Of a DNA stretch of 64,000 nucleotides, positions 54,801 through 64,000 are shown piece after piece (within the stretch, counting starts at the first letter, position 1; every line of letters starts with the position of its first letter). The notes beneath the pieces were generated by a model. It was not told where the DNA came from. It worked only from the letters and a program-made list of their open reading frames with translations, and searched no databases. Made by a program: the position numbers and the translations under genes. The stretch comes from Lama guanicoe (taxonomy: Eukaryota): assembly GCA_013239625.1 (NCBI GenBank), contig MU053557.1:3936123-4000122 (forward strand). The letters are read 5' to 3'.

Positions 54801-57519
54801 ACTGCCTTTGGCCACTTTCGGCATCGTGGGTTGCAACAACCCCTCTAGGTACTCGAACATTCATTTATCTTTAGTATCTCAACTAAGAACCCATGTCTAG
54901 GAAATTCTGAGATTTTTGCATCTCAAAAATCAGTAAGTCTGTTTTTTTTAAAATTTTTGTTTTATTTTGTTTTCCTTTCATTTTGTTTTGTTTTTTCCTC
55001 TCTCCAAGATGAAATCACTGAATCACATGTCACAGTTGGAGTACACCATGAAACTCATCTAAACCAACTTCCTAACTATGAGGAAGTTTCTTCAGAGATC
55101 CTTGAGAAGTGATCATTTAGCTTCCAGTTTGATGCAAAATTTTCTTAAAAAAAAAAACAACAAAAAATAACAGCCCATTCTTGATCTGAGTCAGCTGAAT
55201 ATTCTTACTGTGATGTGTAGAAATCAATACTGACTCAACTTGTCATCTATGACTGACACAAGATTTTAAGAATTTCAAAATTTACCACTTATATGTCCAT
55301 TCCATATTTGTTGACTAGCTTAAGTAAAAATCAGATTTTTACAAAAACAACTGACTTTAATTACACAAAGTGATCACTTCACAATATGTGGTACAGAATT
55401 ACTAAATTTATTTAATCTCAAAGTTGGGATGAATTTTTCTATCTCAAAATGAAAAGGTCTTCCATACATCTTTTAAAATGTATAAGATGATTTAGAATAA
55501 TTTATCTAGAACTATTAGAGATAAATCTGATATGCTACATAATTTTAATATGTAGCCAAGTATTTACCCCATCAAGTGTCAAAGCTGGTTTTATTAAAAA
55601 GAATTTTAGATTCAAACCATTATTTAATGGAGTCAGTGGAGCACAGTAGTCAAGTGCACTGCTTTTAGAGTCAGACAGAATTCTGTTGTTTCCTAGCTTT
55701 GCCACTATAAGACTAAGACAGATTACTTTCATTTTCTGTACCTCAACTTCCTGATTTATACAGTAAGGATAGTTGTAAAGTCTACCTCTTTGAATTCCTG
55801 TGAGTTTAAATGCTATAATTTCTGTAAAGGGCTAAATATAGCCCTTTGTACATAGTAAGAATTCTAGGATGTTTAGTATTATTATAAAATGTCATGTTTC
55901 TTTACTTACTCATCAGAGGATGAAGAACATGACCAAACCTTTTCATTTTGATTCACTGTGAAAATTATTAACATATTTTAGAGAATTCTTATATGTGGTG
56001 ATAAAAGCTTTCAACTAAGTGACACTCAATTCTCTCTGAGGTTATGCCTTAAAAGTAAAAGAGAACAAGTAATTAGCATAGAAGTTAAGAATATATACTT
56101 TGAAGTCACACACTTTGGTTCAAGTAATAGGTTCATCAAATACTAGCTCTATGGTCTTAGAAATTATACTTAATTTTTCTGTTTGGGTTTTCCCTTTCTG
56201 AAGGAAATATTAATAGTATCTACCTCAAAGAACTGCAGCAATTAAAAGGTAAGCCACATTCTTCAGGGTTCTCAGAGGTTGCTGCTCATGCTGAATACTT
56301 CCAGTGGCAGGAAGCTCACTCCCTGTGAGTTTGCACAACACATCCCTCAGCAGTACTGACAGCTAGAAAGAGGTCATGTTTTTTTGTTTTATATGTTTAA
56401 ATTTGCAAATGGTTTAAGTGTTTTGCTAAACCTAAAACAATTTTGCTATTCTAGGAGCCACAAAGGAGGATTTGAAGAATAAATTATATAAACTAGCCTA
56501 ATAATTTCAAAGTGATCATTCTAAAGAACCCATTAGTACTGTTGAAAGAAACAGAACAAAATTACAATTGACCTTAAGACATACATATTCTTCATTTAAA
56601 TTATTTCCAAACTGTATTACTTATGAAGGAAAAAAAGCATGAAGTATTTACTGGACAACTATTTAGGTGTCCTTATCCCCTGCCAAAATTAAAAAAAATA
56701 ATAATCCAGGATAAAAGAAAGTTTATAAATTCTTTTGATTCCCTTGAAAATAAAAATTAATAAAATCATGACTTACAGGATATTAATTGAGTGTGGTAAA
56801 CTTTGAAAGCTAATTTTCTTTACTGCATTACATTAGTCACTAAGATATTCTTGGGCTGTAGTCCTTCCCTTCAAAATTGTTGACAATAGGAGCAAGTTAT
56901 TTAAGTCATAATAGTGAAGTCTGATCTAAGCAAATGTTCACTTAGTATCCATCATTTGTCTTTATTATTTCTCCATGAAGCAAGTAATAAATAAATTTGA
57001 ATTTTTACAACTGGGAAAAGAAAGTGGTTTACCTCTTGTGCTTAGAATGCATTATAAGTTATTTCAAACCACCTCTTCTTTGAGAAGAGTTGAATTAAGG
57101 GACTGTTTACTATGGGCACAGTGAAGAGGTAACAGTGTAACAGGTAACCTGGAGCTCGTGACAGCAGTAGACCATTACCATCCCTATGCCTGCAGGGGAA
57201 ACAGGAGGAGACTGGAAAGAGGGAGGCGTATGTGGAGAGGATGGCCTGACAGAACCTGACACATGGAGGGAAAAGTAGTTTGTGGGGACCCTACAGGGAG
57301 GGAGCTTCCCTCCTTGATCTTCTGCCTGCACTCCCCATTGGATGAATTAACCAGTAGCTCCAGGGCAAAGAGCCCTGTGATAGATTCCACAACGATTAGT
57401 GTCCGAGGGCACAGAGCAGGGTGAAGAAGGGAGTGAACTGAAGACACCCCGTACAACCCCTGCAGCTGCTTGGATTTTTCCACTTACCCTGGAACTGGTC
57501 TTCAGTTAAAAGCCATTTG

Positions 57520-58653
57520 ATCTGCATTTCTCTGATAATAAGCGATACTGAGTATTTTTGCATGTGCCTATTGGCCATTTGTATGCCTTCACTGGAGAAT
57601 TTCTTGTTTAGGTCTTCTGCCCATTTTTGGATTGGGTTATTTGTTTTTTTGTTATTAAGTTGTTTGTATATTCTGGAAATTAAGCTCATGTCAGTCACAT
57701 CATCTCACACCAGTTACAATGGCCATCATTAAAAAGTCCACAAAGAATAAATGCTGGAGAGGGTGTGGGGAAGGGGAACCCTCTTACACTTGGTGGGAAT
57801 GTAGTTTGGTGCAGCCATTATGGGAAACAGTATGGAGATTCCTTAAAAAACTGAAAATAGAATTACCATATGATCCAACAATCCCACTCCTGGGCATATA
57901 TCTGGAGGGAACTCTAATTCAAAAAGACACCTGCACCCCAATGTTCACAGCAGCACTATATACAATAGCCAAGACATGGAAGCAACCTAAATATCCATCG
58001 ACAGATGACTGGATAAAGAAGTTGTGGTATATTTATACAATGGAATACTATTCAGCCATAAAAAAGAATTAAAACAATGCCATCTGAGGGGGAGGTTATA
58101 GCTCAGCAGTAGAGCGCTTGCCTAGCATGCATGAGGTCCTGGGTTCAATTCCCAGTACTGCCATCAAAATAAAGAAATAAACTAATTACCTTCCCCACCA
58201 CACACACAAAAAAAGAACAGTAATGCCATCGCAGCAAAATGGATGGACCTGGAGATTGTCATTCTAAGTGAAGTAAGCCAGAAAGAGAAAGAAAAATACC
58301 ATATGATATCACTTATATTTTGCATCTTACAAAAAAGACATAAATGAACTTATTTACAAAACAGAAAGACTCACAGACATAGAAAACAAACTTATGGTTA
58401 CGAGGGGGGAAGGAGGGTGGGAAGCAATAAATTGGGAGTTTGAGATTTGCAGATACTAACTACTATGTTTAAAATAGATAAACAACAAGTTTATACTGAA
58501 TAGCACAGCAAACTATATTCTATACCTTGTAGTAATATACAATGAAAAAGGATGAAAAGGAATATATATGTATATGTATGACTGAAACATTATGCTGTAC
58601 ACCAGAAATTGATATATTATAAACTGACTATACTTTCAATAAAAATAAACTTT
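57520..58653 (+). mobile_element. L1 with 5' inversion (57520-57700 inverted; ~57701-58650 sense)
   Basis: 14-bp TSD ttaaaagccatttg (57506-57519, 58654-58667); adjacent ORF2 segments lie on opposite strands. Confidence 0.9.
58085..58221 (+). mobile_element. tRNA-derived SINE (vic-1-like) nested in L1
   Basis: gggggaggttatagctcagcagtagagcgc...gggttcaattccc; TSD aatgccatc (58076-58084, 58222-58230). Confidence 0.85.
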
Positions 58654-61600
58654 TTAAAAGCCATTTGGTTATAATATTAGAGTACTGGCATTCTGAATTT
58701 CTAGGACTTCACAGAACACCAAAGGCATCCAGATAATGAATGCAGAAATCCTCTTTTTAACACCCCTGACAGCTTCTGCTTGGACATCTGTAGCCATGAA
58801 GAACTCATCAACGTGACATGGACACAACTGAAGGCTTCTAATGGTTGGAAAGTTCTTCCGTATGCTGAATCCCTCGCTCTCTCCCTTTAGCTTCTAACCC
58901 TTGGTTCTAGTTCTGCCTCACAGGGCCTACACAGACCAAGTCTGTTTCTTCTTCTCACTATCAAAGATTTCAAATGACTTTCATGGATCATACTTAGTCT
59001 TCTCTTTCACAAGTTAAACATTCTTGGAAAATATTCCCATCATCTGAGCATGCCCTGTAACAATACTTAACAATCTGAGTGAACCAACTGAGCCAAAAGA
59101 CGGCTCAAGGACTGGTTGTGCCATGGGACCATGGACCAGACATTTCAGCTCTCTGAGTCAGAGTGCTCATCAACTGGCAACAATGGAAATAGAAGTAACC
59201 CTGCTTCATAGAGTTGAAATGAGGATCATGTCAGAATTAATGTGAGAGGGAACATGGTGTGGTGGAAAGAGTAAAGGCATTCATGTCAGAGGGTGCTGGT
59301 CTCAGATCTAGTCTCATTATGACAATAAGCCAGTCACTGTCATCTTGGGGTTAACACATGTTGTAAATGGGCTCTGAGCCCATGTGTAATATTTGGAGGC
59401 TCAGAGTAAAAACTAAAATTGAAGCCCACGTACTATTTGTCTATAATTTATTTAGCCCAACTATTTAAAATTTATAGCTAACTCACATTTAAATAAAATT
59501 ATATCCTCCTATCTTGGCAAATAATAGCTTCATTGCCACACTGAAATTTAAAATTCTCAGACTCCTTAGAGTTATTCACTGGAATATGGTGTCATGGCAG
59601 AAGGTGGCGCTGCCGAGTCACTGGTTCCTTTGCTGGCCTGCTCTTCCCACGCATAGCTCTGTTCTGCATCATGAAGATCCTTGTGCACATGGGCCTGCAC
59701 ACCAAAGCCTGCATGTCCAAACTTCACCCACACCCTGGTAAACAGCATCCCCTTGGCCACACCCTACACCCTTGGGTAGGGTGTGCACCTGAGCAGCATG
59801 GACTGCCTTGGAGATTGGAGCTGAGGAAGAAATTTACATAGGCCCTGCAAGGTGGATCAAGCCTGCTTGGGAAGGGAATTCAGGAGTTGATGGTTCCAAG
59901 GTATAGTCCAGAAAGAGATTACAAGTGTAAGCAAGGCATGTCTTTGACCTGTAAGCTCCTAGCCCTATGGGGAAAGGGAGGGCTGGAGAACCTTGGAGTC
60001 CAGGGCAAAGGAGTCCCTTCTGCAAAGGTTTAAAGATGGTACCAGTGATACTTACTTTTCAAAAATATTACAAGGGTTAACAGACAAAATATGGAAGTGC
60101 CTAGAACATACGACAATGTTAACAATGTTAACAATGTTAAATTATACAAATGTTGTAACTGTTGTTATTAGAATATGCTTGGAAAACTACTAGGTACTAT
60201 AGGAACCCAGGTAACATTTTTGGTAATGCTGACTCCTCTGGATCTTACAAGCCCTTTTAATGAATTACTCTGTCCAGGAGAATCTACATTTGTCATGGTT
60301 GTGAGTTTGAACAAGCTCTTCTGACCTTTAGTATCTTAAAATACAGACCAGCAGTACAGGTGGTATCCCTGAGGGGTAGGAGGTCTTGTACCCCTATTTT
60401 TACTTTCTGGCTCTAAGCTTTCTTTTCCTAAATGAACCGTCTCCCTTCTCCCAGCACAGCAAAAGCTTCTAGCATGCTTTACTACCCAGAATCATTACGA
60501 GATAATTTAACAATCAAGATGAATTCTCTTGCTTGAATATAGTGCAAGTGCGGGAGGCTGGGCAGACACTGCTAGGCCACGGGTCTTGACTTCATTGCAG
60601 TGCCCTGGTCTCTTCAAGCCCAGGAGAGAACAGCACTTGCCTCCTGTCCCTTTGCCTTTGCTTTGCATGGGTCTTCAGTGCCTCTCTTTTCAGTGCTGTA
60701 CTACCCCTGCCCCAGGCAACAGCAGGCCCACCTCTGCCCAAAGAATTCTCAGATACTGTCACCTCACAGTTGCCTGAAGACACTGCGAAAATGCATTTTT
60801 ATGACTATCAAAAAATCATAGACGCATAGAATCACGGAGCTTGAAAAAGGCGAAAGATCTTTTCCTTCAATTTTTCCATTCAGAGAGGAATCTTATTCCA
60901 TATCTCTGAGAGATCATCATTCAACTTTTGTTCCTGCCTGGATAACCCTGAAGATGCAGAATTCAGGCCTCCATAAAGCAGCCTGTTTCACTGTTAAGCA
61001 ACTGGAGTGTTCAGAAAATTGTTTTAATACCACAGTCTTTTAACCAATTCTTAGAGGCCAAAGATGCAATGATGAGTAAGATGATCCTTGTCCTCAGTGA
61101 GCTCTTTATGATGGGCCAAAATGCTAAATAATGGAGTGGTTAGGTTGGTGACCTCTGGAGTCAAATTTCCCAGGAAGAAGTTCTGGGAAAAATCTCAGAA
61201 CTGATGGTATTTTTAAAATAAGACATCCTTCCTTAAAAGTTAGGCCTGATTTTCTCATGTCTTTGTTTTGGTAACAATCTGAACTAAGCCCCATTACACT
61301 TGGTCATAGCACAACCTTCAGTACAGAATTACTGATTTTTCACGACCTTCAGGACCCTGCCTTGTTATGCAAGCCAGGTTTTATGGCAGAAATCACACAT
61401 AATGGACTTGAGTTTCTACGCATGCCTCCTGATTATTTCTTTAATATGTTTCATATTAAATATGAGATAGTAGATGCTATGACTAGGCAAGTAGGAATGA
61501 GTATGGTAATAATAAAGAATAAAGAGACTGACCTAACGGAATAGAACAATTGCCTTCAAGAAGTAAGGGAGTAAAGGACCCAGATTTTCTTTAGTAGAAA

Positions 61601-61689
61601 ATTGTGGTCTCCTAATCCATTGGTTCTCAGTTAAAGAGGTAAATCAGACAGCACCATGCACTTAAGTGTGTGTGTTTGTGTTAGGTCTT

Positions 61690-61878
61690 TTATTTCTTGT
61701 GTTTTTTTCATTTGTTTTTGGTTGGGGGGGTTGTTTTGTTTTGTTTTGTTTTGTTTTGAGCGGGGGAGGCAACTAGGCTTATCTGTTTATTTTTAAGGGC
61801 GGTACTGGGGATTGCACCCAGGACCCTGTGCATGCTAAGCACTGTACTCTTTCACTGAGCTATACCCTCCCTCCCCCC
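61690..61878 (-). mobile_element. tRNA-derived SINE (vic-1-like) with (AAAAC)n tail
   Basis: Reverse complement reads ggggagggagggtatagctcagtgaaagagtac...cctgggtgcaatccccagtacc. Confidence 0.85.
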
Positions 61879-62357
61879 ATGTGTTATATGGCTTGAGTCA
61901 CACTCTGTATCTACTGAATCAGAATCTTTGGGTCGAGGGGAGCAGGTGTTAAAGGCAGATACGTAAATTTTGAAATAGTTTCCCAGAATTACTCATTAAG
62001 TTCATCTTTTTCACATTTGTTTCTTCTAGCTAGTTTTATATATATATATATTTCTATGAAACTGAATAATAATTTGACAATCAAACAAAACAATGTTAAG
62101 GCATGCTATCATGCCATAGCTCCATAGCCTGTCAAGAATTAAACAGTTCCCCCTGGAAGTCTTCTTGGTCTTCAGAGACCTGGTGACTTCACCCTTGGTG
62201 TCACAGATTGTTTGCCGAGTGACTTCATAATGGGGTCTGAGGTTCTCATAATGGAACCACAGCCCTCGGAGCAAGAGAACTGAGCCTTAGAAGTTGCTAT
62301 CAAACTTTTAACTGAAAGAACTCCTGTGGCTAAATCACACTGTTCCCTAGGGAAAAG

Positions 62358-62926
62358 ATGAAAACTTTCTTTGTGGCTGTCCTGGCTTTTGGCTATTTCA
62401 CACGTAAGGATTTATCAAAGAATCTCAGGACGGGGTAAACAATTAATCTAAGGGAAGTAACAAGCCGACAGTAACTAGTTTTTAGATGTAGAGATTTGTG
62501 AAACTTTGAAGTTTCTCTCAGAGATAAAGAATTCAAGGCCTCAACTAAAATGAGTATCAGTGGTTCAATTCATTTTCTAACATCCCAAGAATTCTGCCAA
62601 AGACAGGTTTAGACTCAAGACATTTTAAGGGATGATCCATAAAGGGTGTAACTAACATTTGACAAATAATTGGTTTCCGAGTTGATAATCAATATCCTCT
62701 CTCCTGCTTCTTCCTAGTCCTTGCCCACCAGACATTGCCACACACTTGTATTTTGTGTGTGAATGCACACAAATGCCTCGTACACAAAGAAGTGTCAGTT
62801 TTGGACACGGCTTACCATTACAGGACAACCCGATGCTACCAAAACAAAGCTCAAGAGAGGGCTCAGCTCTTCCTAACTAACTCCAGCAAAATGCCACCAA
62901 CAAGGGAGTCCATGATGGCAAACTGA
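62358..62926 (+). CDS. Candidate unrecognised secreted Cys-containing peptide, 84 aa; coding exons 62358-62403 and 62718-62926
   Basis: Acceptor tgttccctag (62350), ATG with A at -3, donor CAC|GTAAGG in phase 1, strong acceptor ctctctcctgcttcttcctag. The spliced frame is open: MKTFFVAVLAFGYFTLLAHQTLPHTCILCVNAHKCLVHKEVSVLDTAYHYRTTRCYQNKAQERAQLFLTNSSKMPPTRESMMAN*. Confidence 0.45.
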
Positions 62927-64000
62927 ATCTGCTGGCAGGATGGTGCAGGCTGAAGGGGAGGCAAGAAGCCTCAGCTGCAGCAGCTGAAAGAAGTCAAGGC
63001 TATGAAATGGGTATAAGGTACGAAGGTAACAGGAATCCTTAATAGTCTGGGTAAGCACCTGTTGACACAGAGGCCCGAACAAAGGAAGAGGCTTCCTTAG
63101 AAGCAGAGAGATTTTGGAAAAAGAGTATTTCAAGACAGGAAATAATAATTTTAAAAAATGAAGGCAGGTATCTAAGAGTTCTGTTAGCAGGTGACTAGGA
63201 GGACAACTATCAAGAACTAGACTTTTCTCTAAAATGAGTCCACACAATGTGTGAGATGCCCAGTAGCGGATGATATGCTGAGTCCCAGAGGATGAAACTT
63301 GGGTTTAAATCTCTCCGGCCTAAGCTCAGAATTAAAGCAGGAATGGGCTAAGGTTGAATTCTCAGGTGGCACATTAAGCGTCTCAGGCAAGCGAAGAAGT
63401 AAACAGTGGGAATCAGGCATGGCCAGATAAAGCTTGGGTGGAGCCACGTGTTTTTCCATGATTTTCATGGTAATTAATTTACATGGGATTACTTAATGGG
63501 TGAATTAGTTGTTCACGTCTCAACACTACATTTTCTTGGATCCTTTTTTCTAGACATTTTTTTTGCAAACAATCCTGGTAACACTGACTACGAGGTAAGT
63601 CTGCTACTTCCTGCCTAAGAAAGATTTTTCCAATCGTAAGCATATAGCATTTCTTTTAGGTTGACCCATATTAAACCATATGTAACTGCTAATATTTGAC
63701 CATTTTGATCTATAGAAATGCCAGTTTATATGGTTCTGAGGAAAACCAGGACACATCCCTATCTCTTACTGCTCTTTCACCTCCTTATCTATTACCAGCA
63801 ACTAAAGCTAAGTTTTGTTTTTTTAATACTTTTTCCTCCAAGTTCACTGCTGATGTTTCCATTCAAGCCCTTCTCAATTCTTGCCCATATTATTGCAAGA
63901 GCCATCTCCTTGCACTTAGTCTAATCCAGAGGTTGGCAAACTATGGCCACTTGTTTTTGAAAACAGAGTTTTATTGCAACACAGGCACAATCATTTGTTT

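Noticed and set aside
59758..59786. Imperfect hairpin cacaccctac...gtagggtgtg
   Set aside because: Short and probably inside a decayed DNA-transposon-like repeat; family and function cannot be supported.

Overview
Mammalian genomic DNA, most likely a camelid judging from tRNA-derived vic-1-like SINEs and the L1 3' tails. It covers part of the Kazal-type serine protease inhibitor (SPINK) cluster. The supplied ORF track mostly misses these genes because they are spliced from short exons. Manual exon reconstruction gives: (i) a minus-strand sperm-associated acrosin-inhibitor-like Kazal gene (coding exons 2906-2840, 1891-1854, 916-801; last exon not found in the window), preceded by a diverged duplicate of its 5' half (signal-peptide exon 6094-6034, linker exon 4757-4720) that has no Kazal exon of its own; (ii) an intact SPINK13 (94 aa); (iii) an intact SPINK7 (85 aa); (iv) a SPINK9 pseudogene with three separate lesions; (v) a candidate unrecognised two-exon gene for an 84-aa secreted Cys-containing peptide at 62358-62926. 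The rest is largely L1 (one near full-length decayed copy), ERV1 solo LTRs (including an inverted pair), MLT, MIR/L2, SINEs and microsatellites. Gene names rest on similarity to protein sequences recalled from memory, not on a database search.
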